Assembly (NCBI GenBank): GCA_950097015.1
Contig: CATNEN010000003.1
Coordinates: 10,602,001-10,666,000 of the forward strand
DNA from: Macrostomum hystrix
Taxonomy: Eukaryota > Animalia > Platyhelminthes
Direction: 5' to 3'
DNA: 64,000 bases
This document shows, one piece after another, positions 38,721-51,100 of the stretch. How positions within the stretch are numbered: the stretch's first letter is position 1; the number at the start of each line of letters is the position of its first letter. The notes under the pieces were generated by a model, which saw nothing but the letters and a program-made list of their open reading frames with translations, made no database searches and was not told the DNA's origin. The translations under genes and the position numbers were made by a program.

Positions 38721-40154
38721 ACGAAACAATTACTCAAACTTGTCAATCTGTTCACCATCTAACAGGTCTCCTGCGTGAAGCAGATCAACAATTGCAAGTG
38801 CGAAACTAATTCCGGAAAATTTATCGACCTATCGCCATTGGCCAGCGTTGGTGATTTCCGATTCAAACGAGTGCTGGGGCCCAATCAGAACTGGGTGTAC
38901 TCTTACAATCCGTGCAACGGTGTCCCGTGCGACGGGCAGGGCAACGCGGCGAGCTGTCAGAACTCAGCAACGGGTTCGCTTGTTAGTACTGGGTTGTCAC
39001 CATTTTTTAATTAGTTTATAGTGGTTAGAGCGTCGGACTGAGGACTTAAAAGTCGGTGGTTCGATTCCCAACTTCACAGGAACTACGGCTCGTATTTCTA
39101 TTCAGGAGCTATTCGTTAGAAGTTGCTTGCAAGAACAACCCACTTGTGACTCATATTTGAGAATGAAACATGGTATTGGATGACCAAAATTTTAACTCCC
39201 AAAATCGCTCACTTAAGAATGACCCAGCCAAAATAAATCCCTGGAAGTAACTTCAGAACCAAATAATGACCAACCCAAAACAAATAATGACTCGAGACAA
39301 ATAATGACCCACCCGAAATCAATAATGACCCACCCGAAATAAATAATGACCCACCCGAAATTAAGAATGACTCACCAGAGACAAATAATGACCCACCCGA
39401 AATAAATAATGACCCACCAGAGACAAAAAATGACCCACACGAAATAAATAATGGCCCAACAGAGATAAAGAATGACCCACCAGAGAGAAATATTGACCAA
39501 CCCGAAACAAAGAATGACCCAGCCAAAATAATTATTAGCTCATACAAAACAAAGGCTTTCAAGAAAACACCACATTTTTTCGACACAAATTCATCTTGCT
39601 TGCCATAATGAAGTCTACCAAAAGCCAGTTAGCCCGAAAACTCCTTCTGGCAGGTGTTCCTTCTGGGCCTTCAGGACACGGCCAGATTTGGCTACGAGGC
39701 TAGCAACGGTTTGTACATCATGTACGACAATAAACAGAGCGGTGGCATCAGCCGGCAGTCTATGGTCAGCCTGGTATGCAATCCCTCTGGTCCTGACGAC
39801 TTCACACCAATTGACGATGGCGGCGTCACCAGTCCCTTCGTATTTCACAGTCGGCTAACTTCCAAGCACGCCTGCGAAGTCGACGGAGGAGGCGGCGGCG
39901 GTGACGGCGGCGGCGGCGGCATGAGCGGTGGAGACATCCTGATTATCGTAGCTCTAGTGCTGATTGTCGTCTACCTGATCGGTGGATTCGCTGTCAACGT
40001 GCTGCTGCTCAAGAAGGCGGCCGGCCTGCAGGCTCTGCCGAATTTGACCTTCTGGGTCACGCTGCCCGGTTATGTCAAGGACGGCGCCACCTTCACGGTT
40101 GCCAAGGTGCGTGGGGTGCTTCCAGGAGGCCGACAGGGCTATGACAGTGTGTGA
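38547..40154 (+). CDS. Cation-dependent mannose-6-phosphate receptor / ATG27-like MRH-domain type I membrane protein; exons 38547-38615, 38766-38981, 39654-40154
   Basis: Signal peptide; IDLSPL, YSYNPC, SMVSLVC, LTSKHAC; MSGGDILII TM; LPNLTFW..LPGYVKDG; C-terminal YDSV (YxxΦ). Confidence 0.85.
38622..38720. repeat. (TATC)n microsatellite, intronic
   Basis: Direct tetranucleotide run. Confidence 0.95.
39015..39085 (+). mobile_element. SINE family A head fragment
   Basis: TAGTGGTTAGAGCGTCGGACT...GTCGGTGGTTCGATTCC. Confidence 0.55.
39260..39530. repeat. Degenerate 21-bp minisatellite (AATAATGACCCACCCGAAATA)
   Basis: Source of the ISGGSLF pseudo-ORF; intronic. Confidence 0.85.
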
Positions 40155-40216
40155 CGTCACCCGCCATCAATATTCAATTTTGCCTTGAATATTCCAGAAG
40201 TCAAGTAGCTTATTTG

Positions 40217-41000
40217 CAGTCTCCTTCGATTTCAACTCCCAGTCTCCTTCGATTCCAACTCCCAGTCTCCTTCGATTCCAACACCCAGTCTCCTTCGATT
40301 CCAACTCCCAGTCTCCTTCGATTCCAACTCCCAGTCTCCTTCGATTCCAACTCCCAGTCTCCTTCGATTCCGACTCCTAGTCTCCTTCGATTCCGACTCC
40401 CAGTTTCCTTGGATTCCGACTCCCAGTCTCCTTCGATTCCATCCCGAGTCTCCTTCGATTCCGACTTCCAGTCTCATTGGATTCTGATCCCCAGTCTCCT
40501 TCGATTCCAACTCCCAGTCTCCTTCGATTTCATCCCGAGTCTCCTTCGATTTCATCCCGAGTCTCCTTCGATTTCATCCCGAGTCTCCTTCGATTTCATC
40601 CCGAGTCTCCTTCGATTTCATCCCGAGTCTCCTTCGATTCCGACTCCTAGTCTCCTTCGATTCCGACTCCCAGTTTCCTTGGATTCCGACTCCCAGTCTC
40701 CTTCGATTTCATCCCGAGTCTCCTTCGATTCCGACTCCTAGTCTCCTTCGATTCCGACTCCCAGTTTCCTTGGATTCCGACTCCCAGTTTCCTTGGATTC
40801 CGACTCCCAGTCTCCTTCGATTCCATCCCGAGTCTCCTTCGATTCCATCACGAGTCTCTTTCGATTCCATCCCGAGTCTCCTCCGATTCCATCCCGAGTC
40901 TCCTTCGATTCCATCCTGATTCTCATTCGATTCCTACTACCAGTCTCCTTCGATTCCGGCTCCCAGTTTCCTTGGATTCCATCCTGAGTCTCCTTCGATT
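40217..41000. repeat. 22/23-bp minisatellite in the probable 3'UTR of the M6PR-like gene
   Basis: (CTCCCAGTCTCCTTCGATTCCAA)n, ~60 bp after the stop and before AATAAA at ~41075. Confidence 0.93.
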
Positions 41001-41710
41001 ATCGCCCAACTGTAACTTTCTACTATTAGTACTGTTAATATATGTAGTACAAATGTTAGTAAATACAAAATGAAAATAAATATTCATTATTAAACGGACC
41101 CGCATCAAATTGGTGGATTGAGTTTTTTTAATTAATATTTTTAAGTGTTTCTTTCATATTATTAAAACGTTCAATCACGATTTTGACAGACAGACGGTAG
41201 GTATAGCCTTCTACTTCTAGTAGATATCAAGTGGGAGCCATAAAATGGGTACCAGCGTCAGCTCTGGGTGGAAACTTGTTATTGTAGTTGGGTTGGCGCA
41301 CTGCCCAGTCTACCGCGAAGATTTTATTGATGCTTTTTTTAACAACCCAACGCGCAGACACTCCTGAACAAGAAGCAAACAGTTTATTCCCAAATCCCAC
41401 ATCCCAAGAGGCACTTCAGTAATTAGTTGTTAGATATAGAAATTTAGTCCCACTAGTTTTCATGGCGACATCCAATCGCTATTTTTAAAAATAATTTGAC
41501 GGACGGCAGTTTCTCAAATAGAAACGTTTCTGAAAACGGAGTATCGAGTTGTACGCAGCCAGTCTTGTACTAAAATACTCTCATTGGCTGGGGCCTAAGT
41601 TACCATGGCTGCGTTATGCAAGTTTATTAAGGCGGAAAAGATAAGAAAATAGGAGATAAAAGAGGAAAATAAATATTCCGTCCAGTAGCAGAGGCACTAA
41701 AGAGACCAAA

Positions 41711-42788
41711 ATGAACTACGGTAGGTCTTGGTAATTGTTATTAGCTTGAGTAATTTAATGAGAATTGGCTAGTCTATCTTTATAATGACATCTCAGTTTC
41801 AGGCACAACGCTGCTTTTCCTGTGCTGCTTTGTCCACCTCATCAAGTGTGACAACTCAGCTCAGTGGGAAAGACTCCAGCTAGCCAACTGTCTGGCCGAT
41901 GCACTGGCCACGCAGAGCACACGGGTGAGCAGTAACATGGAGTGCGTCTATGGGACCCAACTGAGCGGTATGTTGGTTGCTCAGTTCGACTCGAACACTC
42001 GCCAGTGCTCACTGTTCCAGTACATTGCCGTGTGCCACCTAGTCGATGCGCTAGCCAGCACCAACCAATTGCACAGCTGTGCTGCATTTGCTAATGACAG
42101 GACCGTGAAATTTATGACATTAGGCAGGAAGCTAGTTAACAGTGTGCGCCCGAACCTGCGCGCTGCTTGGTTCTTGACTGCCGATGAGGAAGCCAGCAAG
42201 AGCAACTTGGTTTGCGATCAGAAACAGCGGTGGAAGTCTGAGTCAGTCGAGTTCATCAGTGAGGGGGCCAGGTTCAACGGAGTGTCGTCCAAGATGTGGC
42301 TGGAGGGAGTCGAATTCGCGGATTTGCAGCAGGGACTGACGTGGTTGGTCCGGGTTAAGCGGCAGTTAAAGGAGACCCCATTTCTGGAGACTTACGAGTG
42401 CAGCACCAAGGACAGGGGAGTTGCTCTCTGGGACGGAACGCCAGAAACTCGCGGCTTGTATTTCTTCAGATACCTTCCGAACGCCTTCGAATTTCGAACT
42501 GCGCCAGCTACGAACAGTTTTAATACAAGCGCGTTCGTTGAAGTCGGAGTGACTTCTGCGTCAGCGCAAGACATTCGCTTCTTCTCCAACTCTGTGTTCG
42601 TGCCGCAGTCACTAATATTTAGCGACGGGAATCTGACCCGCGCAGCCGTGATCAGCACCTTCTGCCTAGCCATGGGATTCAGGATCAATGACACGAGAGT
42701 TCTGAATGGTACAGTGCAATTCGCGGCAATCATCAACTCAACAATGACTGATGATGAGATACGCAGTTTTTTCGCTCTCATTCGTTGA
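41711..42788 (+). CDS. Secreted protein with PAN/apple-like N-terminus and LamG/concanavalin-like C-terminus; exons 41711-41720, 41803-42788
   Basis: ATGAACTACG|GTAGGT...TTTCAG|GC gives signal MNYGTTLLFLCCFVHLIKC in frame with ORF 41925; SNMEC...FDSNTRQCSL; GARFNGVSS, LTWLVRVK, LNGTVQFAAIINSTMTDDEI. Confidence 0.65.
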
Positions 42789-43790
42789 CTTTGTAAGAAG
42801 TTTGCGTTGCATGCTCGATTCGATGGGGCTTTTGCTGAACTTTATACGAAGCTTGTTTTAGAGAATGATGTAGTAGACTAGTAGAGAATGGCAATGGGTG
42901 CAGCAACTTTTTTTACCGAGAGCGCTAAAAAACATTGCCAAATAGTCTAACCAACAAGTGCAAAATAAGGAGATTTACCCATAGACAAATAACAGTCAGC
43001 GAGCAATAATGCTTCTATCTATGGCATAGCCCTACTGTTGGCCGGTCAATACGAAAAATCGATGCACTCTCTAAAATGTCAATGTATGGCCAAAGTTATC
43101 GGCAGTTTAGCAAGTCGTGGCCATAGACATTCAGGGCGTGCAACCTTCGTTAATAGACCGAAATGCCCAATACAACATTATACACAATGAATATGCGCCT
43201 GATAAAACTTTTGAATAATTATCTTACTAGTATGTTTATTTGATATTTTTTGCTTAGACGTTCTACAGTTTTCTTTAAGATATATACATTTGTGTCAGAA
43301 ATGTAAAATTAATTCACCCAACTGTAAAATGGGTGCCAGCAGCAGCGGGGGTAGAAATTTTGGCTGGCTTGGTGTGCGGTCCAGACAGTCCAGACACAGC
43401 CTTTGAAATAGCTGCCCCAGTACCAGTACATCTGGCTCTACTGAGCTACGTCTAATTTCAATCTGTTTATTTATTATAGTGTTAAGAATAACTCTATTGT
43501 CGTTTGTACCCAACACACTATTATAACAAAATTGTTTATACTTTTACTATTCTGGTTCAGATGTTTGTTTTAAAAGTATAGTTAACATTTTGTTTATCCA
43601 GTCTGACTTGGACATTGAATCTAATTTTTAGTAGTGTATTCCCTTATCCGACTCGATTTTGCTTGAAAATATTTTTATAGGGCGCGATTTGACAGTGAAA
43701 AAAGACTGACAATGCGTTTTATGGTTTTATGCGTTTAACAAGGCTAGAAAATCAAGTGTGGACATAAACAGTAGAAATAATAATCAAGGA

Positions 43791-44620
43791 TTCCCCCCTG
43801 AAAATGTTTGAGCTGTGTCCGATCGGAGCAACGCAAGCACACGAAACTCAAGAACATGGGCTAACTTTTCTTGCGCTACTTCTGAAACAAGAAACCAGTC
43901 ACCAGCCCTTCAGACCGTCGTGATATTCAACGGTTCTGGCCAAAGGTTGGATTTTTTCATAAGATCTAGTGCATCTTATCACCGACCTTTACCTAGAAGG
44001 AGTTGCTGGACCTATTCATCAAGTAAAAGTTGAGTTTATGCAAATATCCAGGCTTATTACGAGCTACTTTCTCCCACCAGCGAAAGTAGAGAAATTCGCT
44101 TTAGGGACTCCATAGCCAGCGTGAGGCACCTTGCAGACGGTGCTGACGGCATCGGGGTGGTGACTGATTGGTTGACACACTAGGCGAGGGTCCCGCAGTG
44201 CTTCGTCCCATAAATTGAGGCTTGATCAACGAAATGGGATAAATTTTCCAGGGTGTCCATAGTCGGCTGGTGCCACTTGTTGAAGGTCCAGCAGCTCCGT
44301 CTAGAGAAGGGTGCGTGATCACCGAAGTCGGAGATGATGCAGACACATTCGGGTGACGTGCTGATAAAGTTTAAAGGTCTGGCAAGGCCGCACTGAGGCG
44401 CAGTGCAAATTCGTCTATAGGGTTTATGAAATGCACTAGAAATACATGGTAAAAATATGATCTTCGGCCAGAACCGATGAATATCTCGACGGTCTGAAGG
44501 GCTGGCGACTTGATTATTGTTTCAGAAAGCGTGCAACTAAAATTTGGCCCGTGGTTCTCGAGTTTCGTGTGCTTGCATTGCTCCGATCGGATGCAGCACA
44601 ACTAATTGTCAGGGGGATTA
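43791..44620. mobile_element. Fold-back MITE with ~190-bp imperfect TIRs (CCCCC...GGGGG ends)
   Basis: CCCCCTGA...CCGATCGGAGCAA.GCAAGCACACGAAACTC...CCAGCCCTTCAGACCGTCG...CTAGTGCAT is mirrored at 44430-44617. Confidence 0.85.
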
Positions 44621-44681
44621 CTGTTAGGCAACGTTGAAGTTCTCAATATTCATAGCATGTTAGAATCGCATGCAGATGAGG

Positions 44682-47600
44682 TTAACTACCGCCCTCATTT
44701 TGGGCCCTGACCAGCAGTTGCATATTCACATCCAGATAGTTCTCAGCCAGTCTGCGGGACAGAGTATTGTGCTCGCACAGTGTCTCACCATCCGCTGGGC
44801 CATACTCAATGCCCGGCTTAATCAGCGAAGATAGTCGGTAAATGGCGAACGCTTGAAAACAAGAGGCCACTTTAACTGGCGGACCGCCGGACAAACTGTA
44901 GTTGCCAAGGCGACTAGCCAGGTCTGATTCGCTTGCAGTGGTATCGGAGAAGTGCCTAGTCTTGAAAAGCGTCAGGGTGCACGGATCGTATAGGTGGTTG
45001 CGGTAGCGCGTTCTGGCGCACAACGAGTCTAGACTTGGTCTATTCGCGAAGTAGTATAGGCCCTGCAGTTCGAAGGCTTTAGCGTGTGTGTCAGGTAATC
45101 AGACAGGTATTCAGGCTCCAGACAGGTATTCAGGCTCCAGACAGGTATTCAAGCTCCAGACAGGTATTCAGGCTCCAGACAGGTATTCAGGCTCCAGACA
45201 GGTATTCAAGCTCCAGACAGGTATTCAAGCTCCAGACAGGTATTCAGGCTCCAGACAGGTATTCAGGCTCCAGACAGGTATTCAGGCTCCAGACAGGTAT
45301 TCAGGCTCCAGACAGGTATTCAGGCTCCAGACAGGTATTCAGGCTCCAGACAGGTATTCAGGCTCCAGACAGGTATTCAGGCTCCAGACAGGTATTCAGG
45401 CTCCAGACAGGTATTCAGGCTCCAGACAGGTATTCAGGCTCCAGACAGGTATTCAGGCTCCAGACAGGTATTCAGGCTCCAGACAGGTATTCAGGCTCCA
45501 GACAGGTATTCAGGCTCCAGACAGGTATTCAGGCTCCAGACAGGTATTCAGGCTCCAGACAGGTATTCAGGCTCCAGACAGGTATTCAGGCTCCAGACAG
45601 GTATTCAGGCTCCAGACAGGTATTCAGGCTCCAGACAGGTATTCAGTATCAGAGAGGTATCCAGTTGTCAGAGAGATATTCAGAAGTCAGAGAGGGATTC
45701 AAGTATCAGAGAGGTATTCAAGTATCAGAGAGGGATTCAAGTATCAGAGAGGGATTCAAGTATCAGAGAGGGATTCAAGTATCAGAGAGGGATTCAAGTA
45801 TCAGAGAGGGATTCAAGTATCAGAGAGGCATTCAAGTATCAGAGAGGTATTCAAGTATCAGAGAGGTATTCAAGTATCAGAGAGGTATTCAAGTATCAGA
45901 GAGGTATTCAAGTATCAGAGAGGTATTCAAGTATCAGAGAGGTATTCAAGTATCAGAGAGGTATGCAAGTATCAGAGAGGTATTCAAGTATCAGAGAGGT
46001 ATTCAAGTATCAGAGAGGTATTCAAGTATCAGAGAGGTATTCAAGTATCAGAGAGGTATGCAAGTATCAGAGAGGTATTCAAGTATCAGAGAGGTATTCA
46101 AGTATCAGAGAGGTATTCAAGTATCAGAGAGGTATTCAGAAGTCAGAGAGGGATTCAAGTATCAGAGAGGTATTCAAGTATCAGAGAGGTATTCAAGTAT
46201 CAGAGAGGTATTCAAGTATCAGAGAGGTATTCAGAAGTCAGAGAGGGATTCAAGTATCAGAGAGGGATTCAGAAGTCAGAGAGGGATTCAGAAATCAGAG
46301 AAGGCCCACCTGCATGACGAAATCGATCGGCCAATCTTGAAAGGTCAGGTCCGGATCGATTACAATCATCAGGGTGGCGTTAGGCCACCAACGTTTCGCA
46401 TAGTCCAAGTAGACGTTTCTTAAGGCGGACATCACAGCGACTCGGTCGAGCTTTTCGTCCGCGGATCGACGCATCGACCAGCCGGGCCTGTGGCTTCGTC
46501 CGCTGCTCTCGTACACCAGCTCGGGTCGGCACAATGTCGCCGAGTTTACCAGACCGCAGCCGAGCACAGCGACTCGCTGATCTCGTCTGGCCCAGTCGAC
46601 AAGCTTGGCTCTGGTGTCGTCGTGACTGTCTCCTTCCACTAGAAGAAATCTGGCATCGAAGAATAGGGCAGCCAATTGTCTCAGATTTTTTATGTTGCCA
46701 GCCAGGGCGCCAGAGTTTGACGAGTCGCGCACGGTCGCAGCAAAGATCACCGACTGTCGGCTGGACCAATCGGCGCCGAGCTTCGCGCGTTCCGTCAAAC
46801 TGAGCTTGAGCTCGTCCGCCGACAGTCGCATTACTGGCAGACGCCAGGCGTTGTCAAATCGGTGCAGATGCTGACGAAGCCGATTTTGACGAACGCGTCG
46901 CAAACTTTCGCGCTCGTCTAGTGAAACTGACGCCGACTGCAAAGAAGGCAGGCTGGCCGGTGAAGGCAGCTCGGGCAGCTCAGGCTCATAAGCTGAGTAG
47001 GATTCTTCGCCAAGTTCTGCCTGATGCTCCCTTCGGCTGCGTTTAGAATACATTTGTATGGGATTATCGGCTTCGGCAGAGGATTATCGATTATAATAGA
47101 GGATTATGTGTTTTAGTAGACGATTATCGATTACGGTAGCGGATTATCGATTACGGTAGAGGATTATCGATTATGGTAGAGGATTATCAATTATGGTAGA
47201 GGATTATCGATTACGGTAGAGGATTATCTGTTTTGGTAAAGGATTATCTGTAATGGTAGAGCATTATCTGTTTTGGTAGAGCATTATCTGTTTTGGTAGA
47301 GGATTATCTATTATGGTAGAGGATTATCTATAATGGTAGAGCATTATCTGTTTTGGTAGAGAATTATCGATTATGTTAGCGGATTATCGAAAACAGTAGA
47401 GGATTATCGATTATGGAAGAGGATTATTGATTAGGATGGAGGGCCATCGATTACGGTAGACGATTATCGATTATGGTAGAAAATTATCGATTATGGTAGA
47501 GAACTATCGATCATGGTAGAGGATTATCTGTTTTGGTAAAGGATTATCTGTTTTGGTAGAGGATTATTGATTATTGTGGAGGATTATCGATAACGGTAGA

Positions 47601-49441
47601 CGATTATCGATTATGATAGATGATTATCGATTACGGTAGAGGATTATCTGTTTTGGTAGAGGATTATCTGTTTTGGTAGAGGATTATCTATTCCGGTAGA
47701 GGATTATCGATTATTGTGGAGGATTATTGATTAAGGTAGAGGATTATCGATAACGGTAGACGATTATCGATTATGATAGATGATTATCGATTACGGTAGA
47801 GGATTATCTGTTTTGGTACAAGATTGTCGCGTTTAGTAGTGAGTTATTGTTTTTGGTAGAGTTATACCTGTTTTGGTAAAGGATTATCTGTTATCGTAGA
47901 GCATTATCTGTTTTGGTAGAGGATTATCTGTTTGGTAGAGGATTATCTGTTATGGTAGAGCATTATCTGTTTTGGTAGAGGATTATCGATTATGTTAGCG
48001 GATTATCGATTACGGTAGAGGATTATCTGTTTTGGTACAAGATTGTCGCGTTTAGTAGTGAGTTATTGTTTTTGGTAGAGTTATACCTGTTTTGGTAAAG
48101 GATTATCTGTTATCGTAGAGCATTATCTGTTTTGGTAGAGGATTATCTGTTTGGTAGAGGATTATCTGTTATGGTAGAGCATTATCTGTTTTGGTAGAGG
48201 ATTATCGATTATGTTAGCGGATTATCGATTACGGTAGAGGATTATCGATTATGGAAGAGGATTATTGATTAGGATGGAGGGTCATCGATTACGGTAGACG
48301 AATATCGATTATGGTAGAGAACTATCGATCATGGTAGAGGATTATCTGTTTTTGTAGAGGATTATCAATTATGGTAGAGGATTATCGATTACGGTAGAGG
48401 ATTATCTGTTTTGGTAGAGGATTATCTGTTTTGGTAGAGGATTATCTGTTTTGGTAGAGGATTATCAATTATGGTAGAGGATTATCGATTACGGTAGAGG
48501 ATTATCTGTTTTGGTAGAGGATTATCGATTACGGTAGAGGATCTGTTTTGGTAGAGGATTATCTGTTTTGGTAGAGGATTATCTATTCCGGTAGAGGATT
48601 ATCTGTTATGGTAGAGGATTATCAATTATGGTAGAGGATTATCAATTATGGTAGAGGATTATCAATTATGGTAGAGGATTATCTGTTTTGGTAGAGGATT
48701 ATCTATTCCGGTAGAGGATTATCTGTTATGGTAGAGGATTATCAATTATGGTAGAGGATTATCAATTATGGTAGAGGATTATCGATTACGGTAGAGGATT
48801 ATCTGTTTTGGTAGAGGATTATCGATTAAGGTAGAGGATTATCTGTTTTGGTAGAGGATTATCTGTTTTGGTAGAGGATTATCTATTCCGGTAGAGGATT
48901 ATCGATTATTGTGGAGGATTATTGATTAAGGTAGAGGATTATCGATAAAGGTAGACGATTATCGATTATGATAGATGATTATCGATTACGTAGAGGATTA
49001 TCTGTTTTGGTAGAGGATTATCTGTTTTGGTAGAGGATTATCTATTCCGGTATAGGATTATCGATTATTGTGGAGGATTATTGATTAAGGTAGAGGATTA
49101 TCGATAACGGTAGACGATTATCGATTATGATAGATGGTTATCGATTACGGTAGAGGATTATCTGTTTTGGTAGAAGATTGTCGCGTTTAGTAGTGAGTTA
49201 TTGTTTTTGGTAGAGTTATACCTGTTTTGGTAGAGGATTATCGGAACGATTGTTGTAAATTCAAATTGACTACTGAGTGCCTGATCGTAGAATATAAAAC
49301 GAATGGTAAAATGTCTCACCTATGACCACCTGGAAGTGGTGTTTTTAACTTCAATTGACTATTTTGAAGCAACAAAAAGATGGCCATTACTAGCAGCAGT
49401 GCCAGAAATATTATTGAAAATGTTTTAATCAGCTTTTTCAT
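44682..49441 (-). CDS. Type II membrane GT-A glycosyltransferase, CAP59/CMT1 (GT69)-like or microbial-like; exons 49441-49320, 47036-46310, 45062-44682
   Basis: N-terminal anchor MKKLIKTFSIIFLALLLVMAIFLLL; phase-2 and phase-0 GT-AG joins; motifs IFAATVRDS, LVEGDSHDDTR, ALRNVYL, IVIDPDL (DxD), VKVASCFQAFAIY, CEH. Confidence 0.75.
45098..46300. repeat. Two-block 19-bp minisatellite filling an intron
   Basis: (AGACAGGTATTCAGGCTCC)n switches at ~45645 to (AGAGAGGTATTCAAGTATC)n. Confidence 0.95.
47060..49245. repeat. 20-bp minisatellite filling an intron
   Basis: (GGTAGAGGATTATCTGTTTT / ...CGATTAC)n with internal block duplications. Confidence 0.95.
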
Positions 49442-49953
49442 GATCAGGTTTTTGAGACAGAAACGGTTAGCTGCCTAATTTTCAGTGCTGCTTTGGGTTT
49501 AGTGGATTTTTATCCGCTGTTAAATGCATTCAGACACATTTTTCGGAATATACAAATTGGCAGGCTTAGGAATATAAATTGATTCAGCCAAAATGGTTAA
49601 ATTGCTTGCAGTTAATCAAATAACAAAAGCACCAATCACACCGCAGTAAATTTGGAAATAAATAAAAAATTAACCAAAATAGCACCAAATTAAAAGGAAA
49701 CGCCATTTTAAGGCTTCAATTTCAAAGCGCGAGGCGACGAGTGGGTCGTTCCATTTTATTTCTCGCTTTATAAAATCATTCCGCTGATTGACAGCACAAA
49801 TGAGCAATTAAAATGAATTCTTTTTGGCCCCAAAATGATAACAATAGAACGAGCAGGCGGTAGAAATTTGAACTACGCCTTTTTTTGGATCTCGTTGCAG
49901 TCGGCTAACTCAATTCCGTGAGGTCGTCCTCGCTAGGCGTGTCAGTCGAACAT

Positions 49954-50733
49954 TCAGTCTGCGCCTTGGACATAGCTGACGCTAGCAGTATCGTCTTCGC
50001 TTCCTACTGCCAAAGTTTGCAGTACGAGTACAGCGGCTTCTCGCTCCGTGGCGTTTGTCCGGCTGACAAATATACTCGATCCGTTAGTAAGGCCGCATGC
50101 GAAAGCTGAAGAATTTCCCAACACCATTTCATGAGGAACGCCTGTTGCGCTACTGATGCTTCCTGACGAGCAGTCGCCATAGAAACCGTCGCGGCAAAAG
50201 ACAATGTTTTGTTCATTTTCTATGCCCATGCGGCACAAGAAGGCGTTTATAGCGATTTTAAGCGGCGAAATTTTCTTTATTCGAAACCGAAACGCAACGG
50301 TCCATTTTTTCAGCTTGTCCTCGCTGTATACGTTCTCGAATTTATTCAGCTAGATTTGGGATAAAAAACAATGCGATTTTAAATAGAATAGATAGTTCAA
50401 TATTTAGGAGTAGGTAATTAAAAATTTATAATGGCTTACCTTTGCCAGCGATTTCAAAATGTTTTCATAACCCGGCACTCGAATTCTAAAGTACAAATAA
50501 TAGTAGCTCAAAGTCAACTGTTTGTTTCCTTCGTGTAATTTTTTTATGTAAGCCGAGTTATTGTCCTGCTCCACCCAAGAGAACAATTCGGCACAGTCTG
50601 GCAACAGCATTAATTGCCGATTTTCGCGCATTTTTTTCAACGCCGTCGCGTAGGGCACAGCTGGCATCTTTGGATGGGGATCGAACTCTGGCGGACAGGA
50701 CACTGACGACGGAATGTGTAGTTGATGAGGCAT
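49954..50733 (-). CDS. Uncharacterised ~229-aa protein with a possible SUMO/ubiquitin-like domain; exons 50733-50440, 50349-49954
   Basis: AAG|GTAAGC...CTAG|CTG joins ORF 50404 to ORF 49954 in frame; segment FRFRIKKISPLKIAINAFLCRMGIENEQNIVFCRDG...GLTNGSSIFV. Confidence 0.6.
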
Positions 50734-51100
50734 TATTGCGTGGAATTTTGCGTGGAATCCACCTTAGACAAGGATTATTTTCTTCTTCTCTTCATCATCT
50801 CATGATTTTTATGCTTTCCTTTTACTTTACATTCAGTGATAAAGTATGTCTATGGTCGAAATTGTATGCGCGAATCGAACTTGAAATGGAAAAAATAGGC
50901 GGATGTAATAAAATGCCAGTTAAAAGTACAAATAGTTTGATTCTTGAAAACATGCATGTCATTTAAACATTTGTTCAGCTAAATTGTTAGACCTAAATTA
51001 TTAAAAAATGTACAGGTAAGACTGTAGTGTCAGCATATTTTATTATTTGTCGGTATAGAGTGTTGTTCCGTCTATTTTTAGAACAGTGCTTTAATTAAAG

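Noticed and set aside
45086-46423. 400+ aa ORFs in several frames; likewise 54258-55280, 7215-8159 and 13027-13623
   Set aside because: Stop-free minisatellite translations in introns or flanks of real genes
49222-49281. Possible mini-exon in the first glycosyltransferase intron
   Set aside because: In the required phase it hits TAA after 14 codons; direct splicing to 47036 keeps the frame
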